A DNA stretch of 62,986 nucleotides, counting the filler, from Octopus bimaculoides (taxonomy: Eukaryota), in NCBI RefSeq assembly GCF_001194135.2. It is 6 parts of 6 records of this genome, joined end to end, with 100 filler letters (N's around TTAATTAATTAA, not from the genome) between each part and the next. Parts side by side here need not be neighbours in the genome. Positions count along the whole stretch, not along the records: positions 10,736 to 20,995 come from NC_068987.1; positions 21,096 to 28,479 come from NW_026318764.1; 4 more parts are not named here. One strand, 5' to 3'. This document shows positions 12,391-25,137 of the stretch, one piece after another. The notes beneath the pieces were generated by a model. The model saw nothing but the letters and a program-made list of their open reading frames with translations. It had not been told where the DNA came from and did not search any database. The stretch's first letter is position 1. Each line of letters begins with the position of its first letter. Both the position numbers and the translations under genes were made by a program.

Positions 12391-13129
12391 AGTGTGATGT
12401 GATGTAGTGGTCTTGTATGAATGTATGTATGTATGTATGTATGTATGTATGTATGTATGTATGTATGTTTGTATGTATGTATNNNNNNNNNNNNNNNNNN
12501 NNNNNNNNNNNNNNNNNNNNNNNNNNNNNNNNNNNNNNNNNNNNNNNNNNNNNNNNNNNNNNNNNNNNNNNNNNNNNNNNNNNNNNNNNNNNNNNNNNNN
12601 NNNNNNNNNNNNNNNNNNNNNNNNNNNNNNNNNNNNNNNNNNNNNNNNNNNNNNNNNNNNNNNNNNNNNNNNNNNNNNNNNNNNNNNNNNNNNNNNNNNN
12701 NNNNNNNNNNNNNNNNNNNNNNNNNNNNNNNNNNNNNNNNNNNNNNNNNNNNNNNNNNNNNNNNNNNNNNNNNNNNNNNNNNNNNNNNNNNNNNNNNNNN
12801 NNNNNNNNNNNNNNNNNNNNNNNNNNNNNNNNNNNNNNNNNNNNNNNNNNNNNNNNNNNNNNNNNNNNNNNNNNNNNNNNNNNNNNNNNNNNNNNNNNNN
12901 NNNNNNNNNNNNNNNNNNNNNNNNNNNNNNNNNNNNNNNNNNNNNNNNNNNNNNNNNNNNNNNNNNNNNNNNNNNNNNNNNNNNNNNNNNNNNNNNNNNN
13001 NNNNNNNNNNNNNNNNNNNNNNNNNNNNNNNNNNNNNNNNNNNNNNNNNNNNCAGACACAATGTCATATACACATAAATATGTATATATATAATAAAAAT
13101 AATATATGAGTATATGCGTACATACGTAC

Positions 13130-13762
13130 ATGTATGTACATACCTACATCTACATGTATATATAGATGCATATCTGGGTACAGTACGTAGCAAAAAAACG
13201 TGGACAAAATGATAAACAGAGTACAGAAAACACACAGGCCACATAGAGAACATTTCCTTCATCAGCTGCCACCATTCTAAAACTAAGCGTTTCGAAGAGT
13301 TAGGGCTGGACGCATTGTTAGAATGGCTCTTCCCACGGACCACAAATTAAATTTGCAACGTGGAGGAATGTAGTGGCGGACAGAAAACAAGACAGGAAAA
13401 CGAAACAGTAAAAATAAACAAGAAAGGCTATACGGCCAGACGTGAAAAAAATATGTGTATACTGAACGCTGTAAAGCAACGAACTGGAAGGGAGACGAAG
13501 AATGTTCGTGTGAGCTTTGCGAAAGTGAAGATATGAAAGGAAGGGAAGTAGCCGGACACGTGACTAGCGAAGTGTAACAAGAAAGAGTGGTAGATGGACA
13601 AAAATAGGGGATGAAGTAGAACATAGGTGAGCAAAGAGAGACAGGGAGGAAGAAAGAGATATAGTAGCGAAGGAGAGAGGCGAAAAACAACAGATGGAAG
13701 AACGAGAGGGGGAGAAAGATACAAAGGTAGACAGAGTCACGTCAGAAAAATAAAGTTTAAAG

Positions 13763-13765
<3 letters not shown>
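13130..13765 (+). mobile_element. 3' end of a decayed LINE (C-terminal C-x2-C..E..H..C zinc-finger region of ORF2)
   Basis: ERCKATNWKGDEECSCELCESEDMKGREVAGHVTSE at ~13465-13575, and AATAAA at 13749-13754 just before a (CA)n tract. Clade not determined. Confidence 0.55.
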
Positions 13766-13802
<37 letters not shown>

Positions 13803-13821
13803 TTTACATATACATACAAAT

Positions 13822-14465
13822 GAGGGGAAGTCAAAAATTATCTGCATTTTTGCCATAACATATCTTTATTATTGTCACAATGCCTTTTGCACATGCATAC
13901 TTATAGCTGATACTATTGTGGTCATGGGATCGAAGTTTGAGCCTGATCATGCCATTTTTCTTTCTGGCTTTGCAGTGTAAGCATGGTTGCTCCATTAGCA
14001 ATGTTCACCAATGAAGAACAAAGAGCAATGAGCCGAGAGATCGTAATAGTGAAGCAGTTTGCCATTACCATCTCTCGAGCTTGCTGAATCTTCTTGTCAG
14101 TGGTGGAGCTTGATGAGCGTTCTGCTCCCTCTTTGAGCGTTACATTTGTTCAGCCACTTTTAATCTTCTCAATCCACTCATACACACTTCTACGCAGTAG
14201 TGCCCTGTCCCCTATTGTGCTAAAAGCCTCTGATGAATTTCAGCACCTAACACACTTCCCAACCAGAGAAACTGGATCACTGCTCTTTGTTCTTCTTTGG
14301 TGCACATTGCTAGTGGAGTGGCCATGCTTATACTATAAAGCCAGAAAGAAAAATGGTGTGGTCAGGTTCAAACTTCGATCATGTGCCCACAATAGTACCA
14401 ACTATAAGTACACATGCACAGAAGGCAGTGTGACAATAATAAAGATAATTTTTGACTTCCCCTGG
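13822..14465. mobile_element. Foldback non-autonomous mariner derivative built from two 5' ends in inverted orientation
   Basis: TIR gaggggaagtcaaaaattatc at 13822-13842, with its inverse ending ~14465 followed by TA. The ~200-bp inverted arms both include the transposase start. The minus arm continues as M..PLAMCTKEEQRAVIQFLWL..GAEIHQRLLAQ..RRSVYEWIEK, a mariner HTH. Confidence 0.85.
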
Positions 14466-14480
14466 TACACACACACACAC

Positions 14481-14587
<107 letters not shown>

Positions 14588-15122
14588 CAGGGTGCAGTGA
14601 GGACATGCATTTTTCGTCATTATTTTATTTGACTAATTTTTTTTTAACTTCTATTTTAGAAATTAACAAAGACAGGCCCTATACTTACTAATGAAATGAA
14701 AAGGCATGCTGTGATTGTGCATGGCGATTTAGAAATTTCTCATTTTCTGAAAGTTGCAAGATCTTTTGTGCACAAGATTTGGTGTGAGTTAGAGAAAGAA
14801 GATGCAAGCATATTACCTGTATCAAAATATAGAAAAAACAGTCCAAATGCTATGATTCTATCAGGACACCTGAATTTATTCAGGAAGGTAAGCAAAACAT
14901 TGAAGACAATCCAGGAAAATCAATGAGGTCAATTGCAAAAAAATATCATGTGTCAGAAAAAACAATCAGAAATGTTGTGCATGAAGACATCAAGTAGAAA
15001 TCTTATGTGATGAGGAGAGGTCAATTCATGTCACAAAAAAGTGCCTTTTAATCAGATCCAAAAGACTTTTGAACAAACTTAAAAATCCATCAGAAGATGG
15101 TGTGATCTAATTTTCCTCAGAT
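14588..15122 (+). mobile_element. 5' half of a DD37D (maT-like) transposon, truncated near the first catalytic Asp
   Basis: TA-cagggtg start; MKRHAVIV..LEISHFLKVARSFVHK, then EDNPGKSMRSIAKK..VSEKTIRNVVHEDIK*KSYVMRRGQFMSQK..KRLLNKLKNP, ending at ..FSSD where a (GGT)n tract begins. Confidence 0.8.
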
Positions 15123-15671
15123 GGTGGTGATGGTGGTGGTGGTATTGATGGTGGTGATCGTAGTGGAGTGGTGGTAGTGGTGGTGGTGGTGGTGATGTTG
15201 GTGGTGTTGATCTTGTTGGTGGAGGTAGTGGTGGTGATGGCATTGATCTTGCTGCTGGTGGTGGTGGTTGTATTGCTGGAGGTGATGGTGGAGGTGGTAG
15301 TGGTAGCTGTCGTACCCTTTAGTACACAGTCATTCAGAAATATGGAATACCAGTTTAAATGTTGTATATAATTAATACGCTGGTTGTTAGCAGCTCATTT
15401 ATACAGCATGCCAGTCAAAACTGTTGATAATTAATAACTTTACTTGATGACTCACAGTTTTTTTTCTTCTTTTTTATCCATAAGCACAGGGATAGTCATA
15501 GGTGCTGGCAAAGCTGTGTGGTTAAGAAGTTTGCTTCTCAACTGTGTAGTTTTGGGTTCATTCCTACTGCATGGCACTTGGGCAAAAGTCTTCTACTATA
15601 TATAGCCCTGGTTCAGCCAAAGCCTTATGAATGGATTTGATAGATGGAAACTGAAAGAAGCTCATCTTGTG

Positions 15672-15712
<41 letters not shown>

Positions 15713-15718
<6 letters not shown>

Positions 15719-15970
15719 TGATAAATAGAATATATATTTTTATGTGCTGCTATTACTTTCATGTGCTGAGAGCATACCAGACAGTATTTTTTAACATGTC
15801 TGGTGTTCTAGCACAATCATCAGGCACTGCCCACAGTTCATTATGCCATATTGGCAGTGCCTTATAATTGTGCTAGGATACCATTTGTGTTAGAAAATAC
15901 TGTCTGGCATGCTCTCAGCACATGAAACTAATAGTAGCAATAAAAATATATATTGTGTTTTTTAAATAAT
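15713..15970. mobile_element. Palindromic (hairpin) MITE-like element
   Basis: Arms of ~115 bp are near-complementary (ttcatgtgctgagagcataccagacagtatttt vs aaaatactgtctggcatgctctcagcacatgaa; aggcactgcc vs ggcagtgcct) around a 21-nt loop at 15832-15852. Confidence 0.85.
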
Positions 15971-16773
15971 ATTTATCTCTTACCAGATTGAGTACATTTT
16001 TTTTATCTTACCATCATAGAACAGTACACTACACACACACACACACACACATACATGCATGCATGTATACACATGCACATACATACATATATATCATCAT
16101 TTAACATTCACTTTCTATGCTATATGTGATGGGCTTCTTTCGGTTTCCATTTACCAAATCCACTCACAAGTCTTTGTTCAGCCTGGGGCTATGGTAGAAG
16201 ACACTTGTCCTAGGTACCAGAACTATGCGGTTAGAAAGCAAACTTCATACCACACAGCTACCATTGCACTTATAATTGTTATTTTAAATCTTTAGTTTAT
16301 CACTGAGAATTCAATTGCTTGTTCTACATTGTGGGATTTCTCATTGAGAGCTGAGCGAAATTAGCTTTGACAACAACAATTATAACAATACTTGATACAA
16401 CGAAAAAAGACCAGCAACAGTCAACCAATGAAAGTTTGACTATTGTTAGACAACAACAACAACATCAAACAACATTTGTTGCAACAACAACTACATCAAC
16501 AACAACAACAACAGCAACAACAACTATACTACAACTACTAAAGTCACATCAACAGTGTTGCAATGGACACTGACTACAACTAGCTGACAACAACATTATT
16601 AACAATGACAAGAGTAACTATTTATCACAAGGGATCCTGTATGTGGTCTCTTAACTTGCAGCTAAAAATAGTGACCAAATCTCTTTCAAACCGTATCATA
16701 ATGTTTTATGAGAAAAAAAACAAAAGCAAAAAACAAAAAAAAAATGGGAAAAAGATACAGTGGATTATACAGC

Positions 16774-16825
<52 letters not shown>

Positions 16826-16907
16826 TATCATCATCATCATCATTGTCATTGTTATTTCAACATTTTCTTTGCTATGCTTGCATGGGTTAGACAAGAGTAC
16901 TTTAAAG

Positions 16908-17219
16908 CAGGGCTACTCAAAGTGGTGGTCCGTGGACCGGTGGATGGTCCCCAAGCCATCAGCTGCCGGTATGTGGCGAGTTTCCAGAAAAGAAAGAAAC
17001 ATTATGAAATGCTTATAAAATGCTTATTTAATATTGTATCATTTGTTTACAAAACAAATACAAGATCAAAAAGATTGTCAACTTTCATTATATTCATTAT
17101 ATATATTGTTTCCGGTATAAATTAATGTTACTAAGAAATATTACCGGCCCCCGACACATTGGAAATAAAAAAAAAAGACAACTGTCAATATGCCACATCA
17201 GATAGTTTGAGAAGCATTG
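16908..17219. mobile_element. hAT-type MITE (312 bp)
   Basis: Imperfect TIR cagggctactcaaagt / agtttgagaagcattg; 8-bp TSD ctttaaag (16900-16907) / ctttaagg (17220-17227). Confidence 0.75.
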
Positions 17220-17379
17220 CTTTAAGGCAAAGATTTCGAACAGTTGGATGCCCTTCTTGGTATCTTCCACTTGTTTCCAAGCTAGGTAATTATCTCCCAG
17301 TCTACTGAATAAAAAGCAGCCTGGACATGTACACACAGAGAACTGAAAACAAGTGACTCTGAAATGAGTGTTTTTTTAT

Positions 17380-17701
17380 CTTTTAACTTTTATCTATCGT
17401 CTTTTGTCTTTTGTTGTTGTCTTTTACTTATTTCAGTTATTAGACTGCAGCCATCCTAAGGACTGCCTTAAGGGGTTTAGTCAAATAAATTGAACCCCAG
17501 GACTTTTTTTTCTTCTTTTAAAGCCTAGTACTTGTTCAATCAGTCTGTTTTGCCAAGCTGCTTGGTTATGGGATGTAAACAAACCAACTCTGGTTGTCAA
17601 GCAGTTGTGTGTTGTATTATGAGTGTATGTGTTGTATTGTGTTGCATGTGTGAGTGTGAGTGTGTGTGTGTGTGTGTGCGTGTGTGTGTGTGTGAGAGAG
17701 A

Positions 17702-17736
<35 letters not shown>

Positions 17737-17766
17737 NNNNNNNNNNNNNNNNNNNNNNNNNNNNNN

Positions 17767-17801
<35 letters not shown>

Positions 17802-18146
17802 GCACACATGCCACAAGCTTCTTTCAGTTTCTGTGTACCAAATCCACTCACATGCCTTTGGTCAGCCTGAGGCTATCGAAGAAAATACTTGGCCAAAGTG
17901 CCTTGGACTTGGACTGAACTTGGAACCATTTGGTTAGAAAGCAAGCTTCTTACCACACAGCCAAAAATCACACAATATGTCAAAATCCGTCAAGAAACCC
18001 AGACATGCTTCCATAGTGGACTGCAAGCTTATCACACTGTTAGCAGAGCCATAATTTACAACCAATAAATGAACTCAGAATGTAGACTTCAGAAATGCAA
18101 ACTCATTCTCTCTCTCACATGCACACACACATGCACACACACACAT

Positions 18147-18202
<56 letters not shown>

Positions 18203-19380
18203 NNNNNNNNNNNNNNNNNNNNNNNNNNNNNNNNNNNNNNNNNNNNNNNNNNNNNNNNNNNNNNNNNNNNNNNNNNNNNNNNNNNNNNNNNNNNNNNNNN
18301 NNNNNNNNNNNNNNNNNNNNNNNNNNNNNNNNNNNNNNNNNNNNNNNNNNNNNNNNNNNNNNNACACACACACTCACATGCACACACGCAACACAACACA
18401 ACATATACACTCACAACACAACACACAACACACACACACTCACACACAACACACACACACACTCACACACACACTCACACACAATACACACGCACTCACA
18501 CACAACATACAACACACACAATACACACACAAACATGCCCACACAGTCATAATTATACATATATGGGCTTCTTTCAGTTTGTCTACCAGAACCACCCACA
18601 AGGTTTTGGTTGGCCTTTGTTTATAGAAGAAGACACTTGCCCGAGGTGCCATGCAATGGAACTGAGTCCCAAAACACATGGTCGGGAAGCAAACTTCTTA
18701 ATTACACGGCCATACCTGTCCCTCCAGATTACACAATTTTCTGGAAAAGCAACACCAAAAAAACAGTGGAGGAAGTTTAAGACTTCAATGCATGGATCTC
18801 CTTAGGCTAAACAATAATTACCATCATAACAACCACAAGCACAGCAACAATGAAAGCTAACCAGTGCAAGATAAAAATAGCAATACTAGCAAGGACAATG
18901 ACTATTGTGGGAGCATTGACAAGGGTATTCAGTTTATTGGACACAACAACCAAATCTTCTTCAGATCAACCCTTGACCATGTTAAACAGGAAAGAACACA
19001 TTCAGTTATGTAATCTCAGCTGCCTCTAAACAGATAGGATAGTCATGGCTTAGATATTTTCGGTCATAGGTCTGTTGGATCAGAGAATGATTTGGCTAAA
19101 CAATGACGACAACAACAACAACTACTACAATAACAACAGTAAACACAAAACCACCACTAAATCACTAATCAGCCAATAGATTTCAACACAGGATTAATAT
19201 AAACATTAATTACATACCTGATTCCACACAATTCTTGTTTACTGAATTCTACTCACTAGATATTGGTCAACCCAAGGCTTTAGTAGAAGACACTTGCCCA
19301 GGGTGCCACATGGTAGGATCAGAACTCGGAACCTTGTGATTGTAAAAAGAACTTCTTAAGCTTGTAGCTACGCCTGTATC
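17380..19380. mobile_element. Several CpG-decayed SINE family A fragments, mostly minus strand (~17400-17610, ~17815-17965, ~18560-18720, ~19225-19380)
   Basis: Recurrent ttctttcagttt..ccaaatccactcac..agaagacacttgccc motif. Confidence 0.7.
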
Positions 19381-19594
19381 TACATATGATTGCAGAAACA
19401 GTCGAGTGCTGCACTATGTTAACTCAGCTATCAAATATTAGATGACCTTTAGACAAAGAATATTATTGTTATTAGCCCTAAGATAATATGGTAATTGAAC
19501 CAGCAGAGCATCATCATCATTATCATCATTGTCATTGTCATCATCATCATCATCGTTGTCATCAAAGTTGTTGCTGTCATCATTGTTGCCATCG

Positions 19595-19627
<33 letters not shown>

Positions 19628-19755
19628 TTTCAACATACACTTTTCCATGCTTGCATGAGACAGATGGAATTTATCGAGGTAGATTTTCTACAGCCAGATG
19701 CTCTTCATGTCATCAATTCACACTTGATCTTAAGCAAGGTTATACTTTACCATAG

Positions 19756-20120
19756 TGGAGGCGCAATGGCCCAGTGGTTAGGGCAGCGGACTCACGGTCA
19801 TAGGATCGCGGTTTCGATTCCCAGACCGGGCGTTGTGAGTGTTTATTCAGCGAAAACACCTAAAGCTCCACGAGGCTCCGGCAGGGGATGGTGGTGAACC
19901 CTGCTGTACTCTTTCACCACAACTTTCTCTCACTCTTACTTCCTGTTTCTGTTGTGCCTGTAATTCAAAGGGTCAGCCTTGTCACACTGTGTCACGCTGA
20001 ATATCCCCGAGAACTACGTTAAGGGTACAGCCACTTGCACGTTAATTTCCCGAGCAGGCTGTTCCGTTGATCGGATCGACTGGAACCCTCGAAGTCGTAA
20101 GCGACGGAGTGCCAACAACA
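19756..20120 (+). mobile_element. Young tRNA-derived SINE (family D) with 9-bp TSD
   Basis: A box tggcccagtggtt, B box ggtttcgattccc, CpG-rich; ttaccatag at 19747-19755 and 20121-20129; second copy at 27534-27830. Confidence 0.9.
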
Positions 20121-20710
20121 TTACCATAGCTTGACAAGTTTTCATGGAAGAGTGATAATGAAAGACACTGCTTATGTGATGGTGGCACTCGTTTACAGCT
20201 GTCGTGTGATATCAAGATATGGTGACACAGATATACACACACTAACTCTTACACAGTTCCACTGCACAGAAGTGGGACTGAACCTGAAACCATGTAATTG
20301 GGAAACAAACCTCTTAATCACACAAACATACCTGCACCTATACAGTACTGCATGAAACACCTACACTATTTAATTATGGGTTTCTGATGGGCCTTTTAGT
20401 TTCAACAAAGGCATGTCACCTCTCTACAGTTGGTGCTACAAAAGGGGAAAAAATGCTGCCAGTACACTCTGTAAACCAGTTAGTGTTTAGAAGCACAACT
20501 AACCATAGAAACCAAACTGAAAAATGAAATCCAAACATGATGAGTTCTTCCAACCCATTTTGGTGAGTATTCCCTCTGAATACATATTGACTCTGACACA
20601 TCCAACTTATAGTAGGACAGAATGTGATAGTAAAAGAATGATGATGATGTGGTTGATACAATAAGTACTAGTCAAGTACTGGTGGTGATTAAATCATTTA
20701 CTATGTGTAT

Positions 20711-20744
<34 letters not shown>

Positions 20745-21654
20745 CATCAGTGGATTATATACCCGAAAAAGAAGCATGTACTAAAAGTTAGAGCAGTAAT
20801 GTATTTACAAGAGATTAATTATATGGTTGATCATAGTGTGAACAATGGTTTTGCATCCGTAAAGTACTTAGCCTTATAGACAACTCATATGACTCCAATG
20901 GCTTGTTTGATAAGCCATCTATAAGGCTAAGCATTTTATGGATGCAAAACCATTTGTCATATAATTAACCTCCTGTGAATATATATATATATATANNNNN
21001 NNNNNNNNNNNNNNNNNNNNNNNNNNNNNNNNNNNNNNNTTAATTAATTAANNNNNNNNNNNNNNNNNNNNNNNNNNNNNNNNNNNNNNNNNNNNTATGT
21101 TATATTTAAAAAAAAAAATATCATGACTAAATGAAATTTTTAACGATTTTTCTTACTTGATTTTCGTTGATTTACGTTTTTTACAAAATTTCTTTGAAAA
21201 ATTTCTTGTCTTTTCTTATAATTTCTGAAACACCAGTTTCAATACCGTTGTAATGTTATATATACATGTGCGCCAGTGTGTCTATGCATATAAAAAGATG
21301 TATATAATACTAATAATAACGTTTACAGTGAATGATTCTGGTATGAGCTACAAGCATCACATAGCCGTTTGCAAACTGAAAAGTGTATGTTTTACTGGAT
21401 AGTAAATTAATAAATAGTAAAATGATTTTTTCTTACGAGAATACACACAAAAAATGGGTAAATATATAAAAAATATATATACAAAAGCATGTGTGTATAG
21501 AAGAAAAAAATAGAAGAACAAGAACAAGAAGGCAAATGAAATACATATATATATATATATATGACTAATAGTAATTAAGAAATGAGGTGGAAGGAAAGTT
21601 AAGTCTTTCAAGAATAAAGAAATGGAATATTTTGGAGTGGTCAATATTTTTGTG

Positions 21655-22025
21655 AATTGTAAGAAGCTTGCTTCCCAACCACATGGTACCGGGTTCGGTC
21701 CCACTGCGTGGCACCTTGGGCGTGTGTCTTCTATTATAGCCTCGGGTCGACCAAAGCCTTGTGAGTGAATTTGGTAGACGGAAACTGAAAGAAGCCCGTC
21801 ATATGTGTATGTGTGTGTGAGTGTGTGTGTATTTGTTTGTCAGTGTTGTTCCCGTAAACATCGCTTGACAACCGATGTTAGTGTGTTTACGTCTCCGTAA
21901 ACTAGGGATTCGGCAAAAGAGACCAATAGAATAAACACCAGGGGTCCATTTCTTCGACTAAAGGCGGTGCTCCAGCATGCCTGCAGTCAAATGCTTGAAA
22001 CAAGTAAAAGAAAAAAGAAAAGAAT
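21655..22025 (+). mobile_element. Near full-length SINE family A (tRNA-like head, internal GT microsatellite, conserved tail)
   Basis: aagaagcttgcttcccaaccacatgg..gggttcggtcccactgcgtggcaccttgggc..ggaaactgaaagaagcccgtc..catcgcttgacaaccgat..ggcggtgctccagcatg..gaaacaagtaaaag. Confidence 0.9.
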
Positions 22026-22041
22026 ATTTTTATATAGATAA

Positions 22042-22088
<47 letters not shown>

Positions 22089-22759
22089 TCCGCGTGGTGA
22101 TATGTAAGTCTGAGTTACATTTCAGAGAGATTTAAATTCAAGTAATTTTACATGCAATTTTTTATATTGACTAATTTCTTATCTCTTTCTCTCTCCCCTT
22201 ACAGAAACGTACATAGATGAATACATTCGCGCGTGTATAAAATATCACATTGTTCCTCTTATCTACATTCGAGCGACGGAGCTTGTTAGAAATTAACTCG
22301 TTCCTTAAGCGTAGACGTGAAATGATTAAAAACAGAAGACAGAATACATGCATACATACATACTTACATACTCAAAGCTTTGGAGACAATATTTGTTGCC
22401 AATGCGACAGAAATTTACTGTACGTCGATACACAAATACACCCACACGAATATATATATATACATGTATGTATGTTGTATATACCTACGTGTATATGTAT
22501 ATACGTATATGTATGCAAGTATATTTATATGTATCTGTATATTCGCGTTGTATGTATGTATGTATGTAGGCATGCATGTATGTATGATAACATTATCTAT
22601 TTAACTATTACGCAATTTCTGTCAGCCAAGAGAGAATATGTTATTAAAATTTTTCAAATAATATGTTTGAAGTATGTTGGAATATTGTTGTTTGCAGGTG
22701 AACAAGTAATTTCAGTTGCCGTTGTTTAACATTGGTTAACTAATTTATTATTTGAAAAG

Positions 22760-23300
22760 CCTACGGTGTTGAATTAATGCGTGTTGTTGTGGGAGATAAC
22801 TCCTTTCGTCTCCTAAAAATCTGTAAACCCTTCTTTGCAATTCGTATTTGACCACACTGATTTTAGAAACTACTGTATATGTTGTGAGGTTGGTGCCTCT
22901 GGAAATTTCGGAAGTTTTACACGCGGAATCTCTGGTTGTATTGTTGTTCGTCTGCCAAGAGATGTCACCAGATTGTTCAGGGCATGGATCCTTCTATTTG
23001 AGTAAAGGTTATATTTCTCCTTGCATTACTCAAGTACTTTGGTCCCATTATTGATGCGTTACTGTACGACCATGTCCATTGGTAGCATCTTCTCTAGAAA
23101 TAACATGAAATTTCTACATATTGCCATGACATTTTTGCACAGGGCATGTATATGTTGCTCTGTCTTACCGAAAGCCACAGTTACTGAAGAAACCAACAAT
23201 ATTGCATGTCTAGAGATGAGAAATATTCTCCACGTGCCCCCATCAGTGGTAGTTTCTCATAGAAAATGTTAAAACTTATCCAGACCCAAGATCAACACAA
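22760..23300 (-). mobile_element. Possible decayed RTE-like LINE C-terminal region
   Basis: Frameshifted peptides MSWQ.., NGTKVLE, GHGR and RRIHALNNL resemble RTE ISWQD..N.EVL..WAGHV.RM..RIPK. Confidence 0.35.
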
Positions 23301-23686
23301 TCCATAAATATATGATAAAATCGGTTTTATAATATATTAACTGCCTTGTATATTACGCAATAGTTCAAAGTTGGTCACTTTCCAAACTGCAAGGGTGACA
23401 ACCGATAGCAAGACAGGCTATAAACAATAAGAGCCAACTTTAAAGAGACGTCATTTCGCTTCTTTTTATACGACCGATATCGCAAGAACAATAACAATTT
23501 GTGGGTCGTATGTGTGAATCTCTGAGTAACAATCAATGTTCACTCCATTGTAGTGAACCAGCTCCAATACATGGATATAAACCCGCTAATTCATATACTG
23601 TGTATATTTTTCATACATTTTCGCACGATCCTATATTCGTATGTACTTATGTATATATAAAAATATATGTATATCTACGTATCTAT

Positions 23687-23725
<39 letters not shown>

Positions 23726-23754
23726 AATCACAAAATGATTCGCGGGATGTCGTC

Positions 23755-23900
23755 TTTCTTCAACGTTCTAAGTTCAAGTTATCCAGCGTGGTAGATTTTG
23801 CCTTTCATACTTTCAGGCTCGATAAAATAAGCACCAGAGAAGTATTGAAGCCCATGTAATTGACTTTTTCCCTTATCATAAGATTTGCTACCCCTGTAAC
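23755..23900 (-). mobile_element. SINE family B fragment
   Basis: acgttctaagttcaagtt..gattttgcctttcatactttcaggctcgataaaataagcaccag; note this reads as the forward family B body, so the orientation call is uncertain. Confidence 0.5.
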
Positions 23901-23949
23901 AAAATCTCAATCCATTATTATAACCATACATATGATATACGTCTGCGTG

Positions 23950-23998
<49 letters not shown>

Positions 23999-24043
23999 GC
24001 AGGCATATATGTATATGTATATATATATATATANNNNNNNNNN

Positions 24044-24093
<50 letters not shown>

Positions 24094-24139
24094 GTATACA
24101 CATACACACAAATATATACATATATGGTGAAATTTATAG

Positions 24140-24270
24140 AAAACAAAAGACAAAGACAGGTGTGTGAACAGCAAGCGAGTGTATTGCTTTGACGCTATGA
24201 AGAAATGAAAAAGTCTTTTTACTTTTCGAGCCTACGCTCTGCAACAAAACAAAAAGAGGAAATAAATAGA
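24140..24270 (-). mobile_element. Probable Penelope-like pseudo-LTR remnant with a broken hammerhead core; related segment at ~58895-58955
   Basis: Minus strand GAGC-GTAG-GCTC-GAAA at 24239-24224. gacaggtg..tattgctttgacgct resembles gacaggtgg..tattagtatgacgct at ~58910-58950. Confidence 0.4.
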
Positions 24271-24305
24271 GAGGAAATGAAAAAAATCTATAGTGTTCAG
24301 CGGTC

Positions 24306-24345
<40 letters not shown>

Positions 24346-24399
24346 CGTATATCAGCATGTATTTAGTAAACATTATGTGAGAGTTTGCGTATGTAATTG

Positions 24400-24445
<46 letters not shown>

Positions 24446-25137
24446 AATGAAAACACCACACTGGAAACAAAATTAGATGAATGGTAGAAAAAATACATAC
24501 TACACAATATATTGTTGAAGACAGGTTGTCAAAAGCGGGTAAAAATTTCTTTTGTTTCCAATAATATTATACTTTCATAATTATTTTTTGCAGTTTTCGC
24601 AATTTTTGTGAGGAGACACCAAATATGTCTCGCTATTGTTGCGTTTTTTTTTAAATTTTCAAAATTTCAAAATGTCTTCGTAACAAAATGTATTTGTGTA
24701 TGTGTGTGTGTGTGTGCTTACATGCATATATTTGTGTATGTATCTATATACATGTGCATACGTGTGTGTGTGTGTGTGTATAATAGATAATAAAACGAAT
24801 GGTTTACACCTGGTGTCTTACTGGTAAAGCGTGGTCACTTTCACAGTGTTCGTTATGTAAATGGTGAATGAAAGACGGAAGATGAAGTACACGAGAATTT
24901 TTATCATTAATCACAATTGTTTCAACACGTGAACAAGATTGCAGAAAATCACATTTTTAATTGATGATCACGCCATACATTACCGACCACCGTTTTTATT
25001 ATGCCAGCATATTGAGTTATATAAAAAAAAGGTACAATATAGATCAGGAAATTTATGCTACCACAATGTTATCAAGGTAATCCGAGACAGGTAAAATTTA
25101 ATGTCTAGTGAAAGCCGTGTGGTTAAAATTCAAGAAC

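Noticed and set aside
19766-19835. tRNA gene calls at SINE heads (also 51880-51945 and family A/B heads)
   Set aside because: A and B boxes are present but no complete cloverleaf, and each continues into a multi-copy SINE body.
23160-23215. 15-nt minus-strand microexon candidate (ttcttcag|TAACTGTGGCTTTCG|gtaaga) that would continue MMFRG as MMFRGLTVAF
   Set aside because: It falls inside a probable RTE remnant and phase compatibility is expected by chance one time in three; not supportable without RNA data.
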